A stretch of 64,000 bases of DNA. It comes from Tricharina praecox. Taxonomy: Eukaryota. Shown here one piece after another: positions 1-10,832 of this stretch. Both the position numbers and the translations under genes were made by a program. Under the pieces are notes generated by a model. That model was not told where the DNA came from. It searched no databases and saw nothing but the letters and a program-made list of their open reading frames with translations. Position 1 is the stretch's first letter, and every line of letters starts with the position of its first letter. The stretch covers positions 62,001-126,000 of the forward strand of contig NW_026250411.1 of assembly GCF_024521635.1 (NCBI RefSeq), read 5' to 3'.

Positions 1-1969
1 CACGGGCGACTGCGACATCGAAGTCGACGGTGTGGGCGGCAGCCAATCCAAAATCCGTTTCGTTTACAACACCCAAGAATCGCAAAATCTGAGTCCGCTA
101 CCACAGCCACAGCCAGTTTTCCAGCCGCCGCAGATTCAGGTTATGCATAGTCTTCCACACAACCCGGAGAGTCTCCACGAGATGTTGGAGTCAACACCCA
201 CCGTCATTCCAGAGACGAATCCAAATAAGGTTTATGAGACACCTGCAGTCAAGTCAAGGCATATCGATCCGAACAGCTCGCCCCGCCGGCCACCGGATGC
301 TTCACCTTCACGAGTGGCAGTGCGGAATCGACATGGAAAGTCCGGGTCGGTGGTTGGTGGTGTTCCGGGCACCGGTGAGCTCGACGTGACCGACTCGGAG
401 AGTGAGAGTGAGCCTTTTGAGCCTACGGCTCCACTGGTAATGGACGTTGATACGATCGATTCCACGCCGGGATTGCAGATCCCCAACCGTCCTACGGCTC
501 CCGTGGCGGATATGGGTAACGGAAAGACATCCACACCTCCGGGTGATAACATCCAATCTCCTCCGGAAGATTTAGACCTTGATGAAGACAGCGGAGCACC
601 ACCAGATTCATTGCCACCAGTGTTCAGAGCTGAAGATGAAAAGAGGAAGTTCGCACATGAAAAGAAGCTTAAGACACCTGCGCGTCTGTATGGCAAGAAG
701 AAGGGGGTTCCATTGGCTGCTATTGCGGAGACACCGGCGGCTGATCGGGATGGTGCGGTGGAAACGGAGGACGACGCCACACCTGTACCTGCGCCGAAGA
801 AGGGAGCAGCTAAGAAGAGGAAATCTCGGTCGAAACCCGACGAGAATACACCTGAAATCGACGAGGGCTCTGCTAAAAAGAAGAGGAAGGGGAAAGCCGG
901 TATGCCTGTTGCGTCGGTAGAGGGGGAAGAGGTGCCGGCTCTACCATCTACCAAAGGAAAGAAACCAATTGCAAAAGCTGTGAAAACACCAAAATCTAAA
1001 TCGCAAGTATCCATCACTCCGACGCAGGCTGCCGGAAACGCATACAATCTCCCCGATACCCAAGACGACGAGTCGAGGGAAGATGTGCCCGCTGTGGTGC
1101 CAAAAACCCCCAAGCCCCGCGCCAAAATAATCAAAAAGACGCCTGCTGCCGCCGCAAAGAAGACTCCCCTCACAGTCCGCAAATCCGCCCCCCATACCGG
1201 TTCCTCTGCTAGTCCAGTCGAAGAGTTTTCCCCACCCACCAGCACCCTCCGCACCACCGACCACTACGAAGGTTCTCCACCTCGTATCTCATTCTCTAAT
1301 TCTGCGCTAGCAGACGACAAGCAGGTATTGAAATTCGTCCGTGCCAACGGTGGAAAAGTCATTTCCTCTTCCGCCGACCCAGCGTGTAACTATCTGGTCG
1401 TTGGCCCGGGTGAACTCAAGCGCACACCTAAATTCATCATCGCCGTCGCCCGCGGCATCCGCATCGTGGAGGAGCAGTGGATTCGCGATTCAAACACAGC
1501 CGGTTACTGGGTCGATCCAGATCCATACGTACCGAATGATCCCGAGCGCGAGAAGGAATGGGGGTGTTCACTCGCCGCTGCCCTCGAGCGCGGTCACAAT
1601 GGTGGATGCCAGGTGTTGGCGGGGAAAACGGTTTATCTCACGCCGAACTTAATCTCACACCTCAAGGCGGTTGGCATGGAAGACGGATTGCTGGGAATGC
1701 TGAAGGCTGCGGGCGCTGAGCATATACACAAGAAGGCGCCCCGCGGAGATGCTGAGGATGACATGTTAGTGCTCGGTAAAGATGATGGAGAGAAGGACCT
1801 GGCTACGCTCGAGAAGGGCGGTTGGAAGGTTTTTGGTACTAGTATCATCGGACTGAGCGTCATGAGAGGCGCACTCGAGACCGGCGATGAGTTTGTGGTG
1901 AAGCCAAGCTCCTCTGCGGGAGATGGAACGCAGAAAAAGAAGCGGGGTGGCAGGAAGTCGCTTGGATAA
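1..1969 (+). CDS. Tandem-BRCT domain protein (MDC1/Mdb1-like), 5'-truncated by the window edge
   Basis: The frame is open from position 2 to TAA at 1967-1969. A long disordered Pro/Lys/acidic region precedes two BRCT-like repeats (RISFSNS...CNYLVVG..ELKRTPKFIIAVARG..IVEEQWIRDS; LAGKTVYLTP...LKAAGA). Confidence 0.8.
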   Translation, partial: TGDCDIEVDGVGGSQSKIRFVYNTQESQNLSPLPQPQPVFQPPQIQVMHSLPHNPESLHEMLESTPTVIPETNPNKVYETPAVKSRHIDPNSSPRRPPDASPSRVAVRNRHGKSGSVVGGVPGTGELDVTDSESESEPFEPTAPLVMDVDTIDSTPGLQIPNRPTAPVADMGNGKTSTPPGDNIQSPPEDLDLDEDSGAPPDSLPPVFRAEDEKRKFAHEKKLKTPARLYGKKKGVPLAAIAETPAADRDGAVETEDDATPVPAPKKGAAKKRKSRSKPDENTPEIDEGSAKKKRKGKAGMPVASVEGEEVPALPSTKGKKPIAKAVKTPKSKSQVSITPTQAAGNAYNLPDTQDDESREDVPAVVPKTPKPRAKIIKKTPAAAAKKTPLTVRKSAPHTGSSASPVEEFSPPTSTLRTTDHYEGSPPRISFSNSALADDKQVLKFVRANGGKVISSSADPACNYLVVGPGELKRTPKFIIAVARGIRIVEEQWIRDSNTAGYWVDPDPYVPNDPEREKEWGCSLAAALERGHNGGCQVLAGKTVYLTPNLISHLKAVGMEDGLLGMLKAAGAEHIHKKAPRGDAEDDMLVLGKDDGEKDLATLEKGGWKVFGTSIIGLSVMRGALETGDEFVVKPSSSAGDGTQKKKRGGRKSLG

Positions 1970-2408
1970 GCCGAAACTATGCGTGCTCATTTTTTTGTAT
2001 AATGTATGTACTTGTACTGGTGTTGATGTGGTGGCTTGATCTGCGTTTCCACTGGCTTTGAGGCCTAATTTAGATGAGCTATTTGGAATGACAATGGGTT
2101 TTCTTTGCGCTTCTTGGGTGGGTGTAAATATCTGTAATTCTGGGGGTAATTCTACGGTTGTTGTGCACTGTCACAGTTCTCGGCCCCATACGTATGCGCA
2201 GTGAATGGCCACAGTATGTAAGTGTAATTACCATCGCATAGAAAAATCCCCGCCTCGCGGTGATGGTGCTTCCTGGGGGTGCTTCTTGCGTGTATGAAGT
2301 TATCCAACTCGGTGCAGATATCGACCGTAATCCTAACATCATGTTCGCACTCCCACCTTCCACCACCACCACCACCACCACGGCAATACCCGCCACAATC
2401 CCGCCGCG

Positions 2409-2882
2409 TTAGCCCGGTCCGATCCTCGGCCTGTAAATCCACGTTAGTATCAGCATCATACCACATCCACCGAGGAAGAACTGCACATACATGTCGTGGT
2501 GCTCACTCAGACTCGCCAAGTACTTATTATACTCCTCGACGCGTTCCTTATGCGACTTTATCCCCTCCTTGGCGAGGCGCTTCTCGAGCTGTTCCTGCTT
2601 CCTCTTCTCGAACCTCCGCTCTGCCTCCGTCTTGCCCGCCCACGGATCCTCGTCCTCATGTGGCTGCTCGGATTCGGGTCGTGCTTGCACGTCGGTGCTC
2701 GTGGGTGGAGGTGTAGTTTTGGCCTTCGCGGCGGCGCTGGACTTCTTCTTCTTCTTTTTGATACCGCCGTCTTTGACGCCTTTGAGCTTGAGTGCTCCGC
2801 CTGCTGGGAGTTAGCAATGAAGACGATCGATGGGGAGCTGGGGACGAATCGTACCGGTGGCGGCGTAGTCGTCGGCACCCAT
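2409..2882 (-). CDS. DUF1754 / FAM32A-like small basic protein
   Basis: Exons 2882-2855, 2800-2491 and 2430-2409 join in frame through GT-AG introns: MGADDYAATGGALKLKGVKDGGIKKKKK...KTEAERRFE...SHKERVEEYNKYLASLSEHHDMPRIGPG*. The C-terminus is the family signature. Confidence 0.9.
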
Positions 2883-3096
2883 CACGATGTGTGTTGTCGA
2901 GGTGGAAGCTCGGCCGATGCGAGACGTGATGAGATGGTCGCAACCCAATGGGGCTAACTACTCTAGCCGTTGCTGCCAAGACATTCACTTAGCCACATTT
3001 TGCATTCCCACTCACTCGGAGTAGCAGCACTGAACGTCATCACCTCAACTTCTCACTTACCCCCACCCTCTCATTCACTCTGACCCAACCCTCGCC

Positions 3097-5220
3097 ATGA
3101 ATTGGATGGGCGGCGCACGTGCCCGCGCACGAAAAGAAGGAGTCGTGCAAAAACAAAAAGCATACTTTGCAAAGAAGCGAGCCGCCGAGGCGCACAGGCC
3201 GTACATGGGCTCCTCGCCCTCGCCAGCAGTCGTAGACTCCGCGGGGAGGAAACGAAAACAGGCGCTGCTGGATTTCGATATCGTTGTTGGGCAGCAGGAT
3301 AAGGAGAATAGACCGTTGGCGAAGAAGTTGCTGGGAAGTGAGGGGGAGGAGGGGGGGGAGGAGGATGAGATCGTGGAGGTGCCGAAACCGAAGCGGCGGA
3401 AGAGCGGAGGGCAGGAGGGAGATAGTCGTGAGCGGACCGAGAAGGAGAAGATTAAAGTCGTCAAGGAGGCACTTCTGAAGAAGCGTGACTGGGTGTCCAC
3501 GATGAAGATACCGGCACTGCAGAGGCCAATCGCAAAGCCGAAGCCGAAAGAGCGAATAGCACCGTTCCGACTACCACGGGAAACACCCGTATCGTCGTCC
3601 CGGCCCAGAGCTAGCCAGACCATCACAGAAACTCCGACTGATGTTCGCGACCATCCCGATACCGACTTCAATGCACATCTGCTTCTGGGCGACGGCGGAT
3701 ATATTCGCTTTGGCCGGGGCAGACCGGAGGCCAATCACTCGATGGACGCTTACGTGCCACACTGCCCCTCACACTCACGAGTTTCGGATCCGTTCGGTCT
3801 CAACAGTCGAACAGACCGCCAGGAGCGGGAAGTTTACGAGCAGAGCACACCTCGCGGAAGCTCGCATTTCCAATCAGTACAATCGTCTCCACCCCGAAGT
3901 ATGAGCAGTCGGACGGAACGCCGGAACCGGGAACTTGACGAGCAGAGGTTGCAGAGCACACCTCGCGAAGGCTCGTATTTCCAATCAGTACAATCGTCTG
4001 CACCCCGAAGTATGAACTTCCGCGAGCTTTTCCCCGATGGACACCCCATAGGCCCCCCGAGAGCCGGTGCTCGACTTTTATCACGGCAGGTTGCCGCCGA
4101 TTTTCACACCTCACAGGCATACGAAGATACAGACGCAGAAGTCGATTATGGCTCCTTCCTGCCACGCCGAAATCGAGTCGAGCAATGGCCACTTTCACAC
4201 TCGCAGTCGTCGCCAACTACTCATATTGGTCATTACGTTTCTCAGGAGATCGATAGAGAATATATCGTCGTGGATGAAGATGAATATGAAGAGATATTTG
4301 CAGAAGAGAGTGAACTGCCGGATTCAATCAACCCTTCGGCGATGGCACATGCATCCTCGTCCAACGACACTCTACGTCACGAAAACGAGGAGCAGAGCGG
4401 ATTCAATGGCACATTCCTCGGAACCCCGCCACCTGAGAACACGGAGAAAAATTGGATGGTCTTCCTCAATGCGTCGCCAGTTAGGGGATCACAGGAAAAT
4501 CAAGATGGTATTTCCACGTTTGTGCATGGAAGGACGGTTACGGAAACTGAAGTCAACGACGATCCAACGCAACCATTTTTCGGCAGTGAAGCGCTAGGAG
4601 AGCAAGTGGATGCACTGGATGGCCCCAGCGACGACACCCCGGTAGATGAAGATGAAAGACCAGTAACCTCGGTACCGAGAAAGGTAGACAACGATGCTAC
4701 ATGGAAGAAGTTTTTAACAGCCAGCACGGAAGTTACTTCCAGGAATGCACTTACCCTCAACGCCCTCGACATCAGTGGTGATTTGAATATGCTTTCAGCA
4801 CCAAAAACACCGATACCGGAATCCCCTCCTGCTCGACTATCACCAACAAGGGACGTCAACCGTGCCTGGCATGCTTTTATCCTCCCCACTTACCCAGACT
4901 CGGACGACGACGAAGATTACGCACCAAAGTCTCTCGACGGAAGACAATACACCGCCTTGACATCAACTCAGAACGCCGGTTCATTATCGATGAGTACGGG
5001 ACCAATATCACTACCACGTCTTCCATCTCGTTCACCAAAAGGCCCATCAAGACCCAGTCCCTCGACAAACACCGAGAAAGCAGTGGCAGAATCGGTGATG
5101 GCCCATGCCTCTTCTTCCCAGATTGAAACGTCCCCGCCCTCTAACGAATCGGTAAGGGCCCACCCTTCCTCATCATCTCAGTCAGCGAATACCCCAGCAC
5201 AACGACTATATCAGTCTTGA
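3097..5220 (+). CDS. Largely disordered 707-aa protein with HEIP1/REDIC1 (C12orf40)-like N-terminal motif
   Basis: A single long ATG-initiated ORF. Its N-terminus MNWMGGARARARKEGVVQKQKAYFAKKR resembles the conserved W-x-GG-x-R...RQKxYFE motif of HEIP1/REDIC1. The remainder is S/P/E-rich. Confidence 0.75.
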   Translation: MNWMGGARARARKEGVVQKQKAYFAKKRAAEAHRPYMGSSPSPAVVDSAGRKRKQALLDFDIVVGQQDKENRPLAKKLLGSEGEEGGEEDEIVEVPKPKRRKSGGQEGDSRERTEKEKIKVVKEALLKKRDWVSTMKIPALQRPIAKPKPKERIAPFRLPRETPVSSSRPRASQTITETPTDVRDHPDTDFNAHLLLGDGGYIRFGRGRPEANHSMDAYVPHCPSHSRVSDPFGLNSRTDRQEREVYEQSTPRGSSHFQSVQSSPPRSMSSRTERRNRELDEQRLQSTPREGSYFQSVQSSAPRSMNFRELFPDGHPIGPPRAGARLLSRQVAADFHTSQAYEDTDAEVDYGSFLPRRNRVEQWPLSHSQSSPTTHIGHYVSQEIDREYIVVDEDEYEEIFAEESELPDSINPSAMAHASSSNDTLRHENEEQSGFNGTFLGTPPPENTEKNWMVFLNASPVRGSQENQDGISTFVHGRTVTETEVNDDPTQPFFGSEALGEQVDALDGPSDDTPVDEDERPVTSVPRKVDNDATWKKFLTASTEVTSRNALTLNALDISGDLNMLSAPKTPIPESPPARLSPTRDVNRAWHAFILPTYPDSDDDEDYAPKSLDGRQYTALTSTQNAGSLSMSTGPISLPRLPSRSPKGPSRPSPSTNTEKAVAESVMAHASSSQIETSPPSNESVRAHPSSSSQSANTPAQRLYQS

Positions 5221-5677
5221 AGAAGTCGAACGCATTTGCTACTACCCATCGTGAAGCGGTGGATACTGAGGACGAGTCGAATCATGGCCGTAGTCATATC
5301 TACTGATAGTCTTTGTTTTTTTTGCTGTGCATACAATACTTTTCTGAAGATCGTGAATTCAAATGGCTCATATGGGGCTGTTTTACTTTGCGAATTATTT
5401 GGCGATCGTTTGCGGTTTGGATTGGAATGTTTTCTGGTGGAAGCCAAGATCTTGTGTGCCTTTCATGACATGTCACCTGTTATATTGTCGGTTGCAAAGC
5501 GTGTGAGCTTAAAAAATGAGTATACATTTTAGATATACATAAAGACGTAATCACTTAATTACTTAAGTAAGGAAGCAGAATCTTACATAAACTTGTCAGT
5601 TGTTGCAGCAAGCCGAAATGGCGATGTTCACTCTACATCTCGCACTAGGTAGATCATGTGACCGGAGTTAAAGTTGA

Positions 5678-5685
5678 CAGTCACA
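5678..5685 (+). promoter_or_regulatory. Homol-D box (CAGTCACA) upstream of ribosomal protein gene
   Basis: Exact CAGTCACA about 140 nt upstream of the RPL1 ATG. This is the known fission-yeast/fungal ribosomal-protein promoter element. Confidence 0.6.
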
Positions 5686-5824
5686 GTCCCCGCCAAGACA
5701 CCACAGTGCGCACAACCCCGATTTCACGCCAGCGTCAAAATTATTCACGGAAATTTGCTTCCGACGTCAATCACCCGCACATATTCCTCACCAAACGAGT
5801 TATCGCTTGGAAGACTGATTCACG

Positions 5825-6663
5825 ATGTCCAAAATCACAGTCGGTACGTTTCTGTCGCCCCACTTATGTTCCGTGCGCTTCTTTTCTGACGAGACGCGAA
5901 AATTACAGCCGGAGTGCGTGGAAACGTCAAGGAGCTCCTTGATTACTCCCTCAATGAGAAGAAGAGGAACTTCCTCGAGACGGTCGAGCTCCAGATCGGC
6001 CTCAAGAACTACGACCCCATGCGTGACAAGCGTTTCTCCGGAACCGTCAAGCTCCCCATTGTGCCCCGCCCGGGAATGAGCGTCTGGTACGGCTTCTCCT
6101 GCTACACGAAATTTTCGAATCAGCACGCTAACATGCGCGCGCGTTTACAGCATCCTCGGTGACCAGCACGATATTGATCGTGCGAAGCACCACGGTGTCG
6201 AGTTCATGTCCGTTGATGACTTGAAGAAGCTCAACAAGAACAAGAAGCTCATCAAGAAGATGGCTCGCAAGTACGATGCTTTCATCGCCTCCGAGCAGTT
6301 GATCAAGCAGATCCCCCGTCTTCTCGGACCCGGTCTGTCCAAGGCTGGAAAGTTCCCTACTCCCGTCTCCCACGCCGAGGACCTTGCCAACAAGGTCAAC
6401 GATGTCAAGAGCACCATCAAGTTCCAGCTGAAGAAGGTTCTTTGCTTGGGTGTCGCCGTTGGAAACGTCGGCATGACCGAGGACCAGTTGATTGGTAACA
6501 TCATGTTGGCCATCAACTACTTGGTTTCGCTCCTGAAGAAGGGATGGCAGAACGTGGGCTCCTTGACCATCGTACGTTCCTTCTACCCCACTGAAGATTA
6601 AAAGCGGATTGCTGACCCTCATTACAGAAGGCGTCCATGTCGCCTCCCAAGCGTGTCTACTAA
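5825..6663 (+). CDS. RPL1: 60S ribosomal protein uL1 (L1/L10a)
   Basis: Exons 5825-5843, 5909-6086, 6151-6571 and 6628-6663: [17 protein letters not shown]...[31 protein letters not shown]...[23 protein letters not shown]. Confidence 0.98.
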
Positions 6664-7089
6664 GCGGGTCTTTTTTTGCTGGGCTGTTGGGACTACGTAT
6701 TCGGTGATTTGTATCGATAGTTAGACAACTCGGCGAGAATAAGAGTCTGTGGCAAGCTATCTATTGTGCATCGTGATACTAGCTGTTGTGCACCAACAAG
6801 CAATGATTGCCGAACCCCATCTATTCGAATGATTCCTGTCGACAACCCACACCCGTAGCGCAACTGAGTCTCACCGCCGCATCTAGACTTGAATCCTCGT
6901 GCTCCGAACAAACTCCTTTATGAAGGTCGTTATCCCGTAATGAGATGCCGCTCGGACGTGTGTATGATACTCGTCTCACCCACAATGGAAATAGAGTCGA
7001 GCTGCCGGTGATGTTTTGAGCCCACATTCAAGCCGAAAGTTCTCGACCCCCTTCGTCAAGAAGCGGAATATGATCTCTTTCGGCTCATC

Positions 7090-7167
7090 CGTATGAGACA
7101 TTGAAGACAAGTGACCGCATGAGACAATGTGGACAAGTGATCGTACGAGATAATGTAGACAAGTGGC
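7090..7167. repeat. Degenerate 26-bp minisatellite, 3 copies
   Basis: Units read cgtatgagacattgaagacaagtgac / cgcatgagacaatgtggacaagtgat / cgtacgagataatgtagacaagtggc. Confidence 0.85.
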
Positions 7168-7342
7168 CGTGTGTATTGTCTAGAGATCTCTTCGAGTTAC
7201 CTACGTTTTCACCCAGAGGCTAGACATTATCGGAACCAGAACAAAGCTCATCACCGTTCATGATAGATTAAACCTTAATCCATTGCCAGTCTCGGTTGAG
7301 TTGAGTGCGGTAGTATATCATCAAATTGAGCGCCGATATCAA

Positions 7343-7348
7343 GCGCTA

Positions 7349-7380
<32 letters not shown>

Positions 7381-7445
7381 AATTCGGTCCTATCCAAACA
7401 TCCGGGGTAATCTGAAGGTCACCCGTTCAATCCGGGTTTGGCGCA
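7343..7445 (+). tRNA. tRNA-Phe(GAA), 30-nt intron
   Basis: GCGCTAA/TTGGCGC acceptor stem, D arm GCTC..GAGC, TCAGA-CTGAAG-[intron]-A-TCTGA, T arm ACCCG-TTCAATC-CGGGT, and a downstream T-run terminator. Confidence 0.97.
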
Positions 7446-7715
7446 TCAATTTTTTTATTTGATCTCCATACTCCACATCTCTAATTTTCCTCATCTTTTA
7501 GGGTCGATCTGGCGGCCAAGACCAGTGCCGAAGATCGCTTGCAAAATTGCGGCAGTGGCCTATATATGGGCAGGGGTGGCTGGGGGCCAAGCATATATGT
7601 ACTTACGGTAGGCGCTGGTAGGAAAGTCCGGATTCCGGGGGAGTGAGACACAGATCGTACATCGAAGGAGTCTTCAGGTCTCCGAGCATATACTCCCGAT
7701 ACCCGCAACCTCAAC

Positions 7716-8603
7716 ATGTCGTACGGCCTAACACAGCTCAGCGAGCGAGGTATGTACCTACTTTTCCCTTTTCATCCCTCCCTCCCCGTCCACCTACCAC
7801 GAAGACCAGCACGTCTGACCCCTGCTGCAGCGCTCAACTCCCACCTCCGCAACGACGACGACGATACCGAGCGCGAATACGACCGACTGCGAGCGCTCGC
7901 GCGGTCCTCAGCGCAGAAGCGCTCGCAATGCATGCAGCGGTCGCAGGCGGCGTGGCAGTCGGGCGACAAGGCGGCGGCGCACAAGCTCTCGGAGGAGGGC
8001 AAGGCGCACGGGCTGCAGATGGAGCGGCACAACCTCGCGGCGCGGGACTACATCTTCCGCGCGAACAATGCGGACCAGCCCGCCGACACGATCGATCTGC
8101 ATGGGCTGTTTGTTGAGGAGGCTGAGGAGATCCTCGAGGCGCGCATCCAGAGCGCGACGAGGCAGGGCGATGAGGGCCTCCATGTTATCGTTGGCAAGGG
8201 CATACATAGCGAGGGCGGCGTTAGGAAGTTGGCGCCAGCCGTCGCGAGGATCTGTAGAGAGCTCGGGCTGCGGTATAAGGAAGAGGAGAATACGGGGAGG
8301 ATCTATATTTGGCTTCGCCCTGGCACCGGTGGCGATGGGGTTACGCCGCCCGGATGGGGTGCTCATCAACAATCGCACCACGAAGCGGGACAGCACCAGC
8401 CGCAACACCATGGCGGGCAGAGTGGATACCCGGGGGGTCAGCAGCACCACGGAGGGGGAGGAGGACACCACCAGCAACAACAGCAGCAGCAACAGCAGCA
8501 GCAACAGCAGCAGCAGGAGCAGTCGGATCTGGTGGAGAAAGTGGCGAAGCACGTTCTACCCAAGATCTTCAAGAAGATGGGAGAGTGTTGTGTCATCATG
8601 TAA
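7716..8603 (+). CDS. DUF1771 + Smr (small MutS-related) domain protein, Ypl199c-like, with polyQ and C-terminal CaaX
   Basis: Exons 7716-7749 and 7831-8603 (81-nt GTATGT..CAG intron). Motifs SQAAWQSGDKAAAHKLS, IFRANN, IDLHGLFVEEA, LHVIVGKGIHS and NTGRI; the protein ends CCVIM*. Confidence 0.93.
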   Translation: MSYGLTQLSERGMYLLFPFHPSLPVHLPRRPARLTPAAALNSHLRNDDDDTEREYDRLRALARSSAQKRSQCMQRSQAAWQSGDKAAAHKLSEEGKAHGLQMERHNLAARDYIFRANNADQPADTIDLHGLFVEEAEEILEARIQSATRQGDEGLHVIVGKGIHSEGGVRKLAPAVARICRELGLRYKEEENTGRIYIWLRPGTGGDGVTPPGWGAHQQSHHEAGQHQPQHHGGQSGYPGGQQHHGGGGGHHQQQQQQQQQQQQQQQEQSDLVEKVAKHVLPKIFKKMGECCVIM

Positions 8604-8850
8604 TGGAGCGTTTCTTGTATGCGTATGTTTTTATTGTTCGCTTTGTGCTGTTTTTTTACGTAGAGAGCGGGCGAGCGACGATACCATCATGTATATAGGT
8701 AACGGAGGCGAAGGGCAGTTAATAATGCTGTATGGAGTAAGGGATGAACACGGGCACGAATGGCAATTGCAACGGATGATGTTTGACGTGATGAACCAGC
8801 CATGATATTGTCTATCTATTGAAGACCCCATCTTACACCCGCCCTCCGGC

Positions 8851-9441
8851 TTACTCCTGTCCGGTCAACAACGTAAACACCGGCGCCGTCAACTTGTCCC
8901 GTCCCTTCAAGAACCCGAGCTCCATCAAAAAGCAAAACTCGACAACAGTTCCACCACACATGGTGACCAGCATCTCCGCGGCCTCAGCACTTCCACCTGT
9001 GGCAATGATGTCGTCGACGATGACCACACGGCTGCCCTCCTTGATGGCGCCACTCTGCATCTCGAAGAAATCCTCTCCGTACTCCTTCTGGTACCCGACC
9101 TTGACGCAATCTCCAGGGAGCTTTCCGGCCTTGCGCACCGGCACGAATGCCGCACCGAGCTTCAGGGCGAGTGACGGGCCGAAAAGGAAGCCGCGGGCCT
9201 CGAGACCGACAACGACATCGACGCCGGCGAAGGGAGGCGTGAGAGTGGGCGGGTGGGCAGCGGTCAGGTGGATCTCGAGGGCGCGGATCAGACCGGTGTG
9301 GAGCGAGGGTGACGCGAAGATCGGGAGGATGTCCTCGAAGAGGATGCCCGGCTGCGGGAAGTCGGGGTACTGCTTCAGCGAGGATTTGAGGGTCGTGCAG
9401 AGGATTTCGAGTTCCTCGGTAGCTTCGGGGGTGAGAGACAT
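8851..9441 (-). CDS. APT1: Adenine phosphoribosyltransferase
   Basis: Intronless 196 aa: [32 protein letters not shown], and the PRPP loop [13 protein letters not shown]. Confidence 0.97.
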   Translation of the reverse strand: MSLTPEATEELEILCTTLKSSLKQYPDFPQPGILFEDILPIFASPSLHTGLIRALEIHLTAAHPPTLTPPFAGVDVVVGLEARGFLFGPSLALKLGAAFVPVRKAGKLPGDCVKVGYQKEYGEDFFEMQSGAIKEGSRVVIVDDIIATGGSAEAAEMLVTMCGGTVVEFCFLMELGFLKGRDKLTAPVFTLLTGQE

Positions 9442-10038
9442 TGCAGCGATTGTGGACGGTGGGTATCTGGCTGGCTGGTGTTGACGGCTAGAGGTGGGGA
9501 TGTGGGGGGGGTTTTGTTGAGATTTTGAGGCGGACCCCTCGTTGAACTTTCCTTAGTGGGGGTTTCGCGATTCGGCAGCTTCCGACGCGCAGATTCTGTT
9601 CGACGGGGTTCGGCATCTTACCCAACGGCTCAATTACGAAACGGGAGTTGGGTATCGCCAAATTCAGTGGGGCGCTGCAGGTCCCCGGAGTCAAAGAACT
9701 GGCCGTCGGCGACACGGAAGGCCGCGGATTAACCTTCCATGTAGGGCTAACATGGGGATCCACTTTTCCACTTTTCAGACGCGCGGATAGTCAACATCCA
9801 AATTTCACGGCATCACGCTGAGCAAGACGATAATTGTTTTCGCGGAGTTCTAATTTTGTATTAAAACATCACCCGAGATTGTTTCCCGCACGACCGCTTT
9901 CTCCCTTCCCACATACAAGCCCCGAAAGAACTGAACCATTCGTACGCCGTATCGAAAAAAAAGACCAAACGCCCGTGTACGGAAAACAAAAGGCAGCCCG
10001 CTACCCGCTTTTTTTTGTTTGACCCAATGGCCGATGAT

Positions 10039-10640
10039 TTACTCATCGTCCTCGTCATCACCGTCGTTGACGACGTTGAAGAAGCGGAGCTGGTAGACAC
10101 CCTTGGAGGTCGAGACGACACGGAGCCAGTCACGAAGCTGGTTCTTCTTGAGGAACTTCTTGGTGCTGTTGCGCAGAGGGTTGTCAGTACTAGTCGCAGA
10201 GGAAAGGTTGAATGAAGATGGCAACATACAGGTACTTCAGGTAGCGTCCAGAGAACTGGGTGTGTGCGATCACGATGATCTTGCCCTCACCCTCCTGGTT
10301 GATGGTGACAATGTCGCCGAGGTTACCGGTGCGGCCGTCGACCTTGATCTTGTCATGCAGGAACTTCTCGAACGCAGCGACATCGAAGATCTTGTCGGAG
10401 GCAGGCTGGGAAGCATCGATGATGAACTGATCACATTCACGTTAGTTACCTCTTTCCCCGATTCCCTCAATCACACGCGTGGGAAACATACCTTGTGGGT
10501 CACCTTCTCCTTCTTCACGCCCTTGGTAGTCTTCTATATTTCGCTATTCTCAGCCATCCATCTGCCTACTGCGCGAGAAGAGTCGACCTCATTCTCGACT
10601 GACCAGCAAAGCAAGTGGGGAAACATACGATGGGTGCCAT
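10039..10640 (-). CDS. RPL22: 60S ribosomal protein eL22
   Basis: Exons 10640-10629, 10533-10492, 10426-10230 and 10165-10039: [34 protein letters not shown]...[38 protein letters not shown]. Confidence 0.96.
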
Positions 10641-10832
10641 TGTGTTGGTAGGGGTGAGGTGATTTTTTGGATCGGGTGAAGCGGGTGGTCGAGGATGCAA
10701 AGTAGTGGTTAACCTGCACGGATTGCCGTTGTCGATATTTGTCGTTCGGGTTGACTGAAGCTACGGATTTCGTGAGGCTGCGAAAGTTTCGGTGTGCGCT
10801 CGTGGTGGGTTAGTGGGACTTGGCGCTTTCAG

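Noticed and set aside
232..1257. 341-aa minus-strand ORF
   Set aside because: Antisense shadow of the BRCT gene; its hydrophobic runs mirror Lys codons and no domain is evident.
7090..7167. 26-bp repeats as a CRISPR-like array
   Set aside because: The units are contiguous with no spacers, only 3 copies, in a eukaryotic context with no cas genes.
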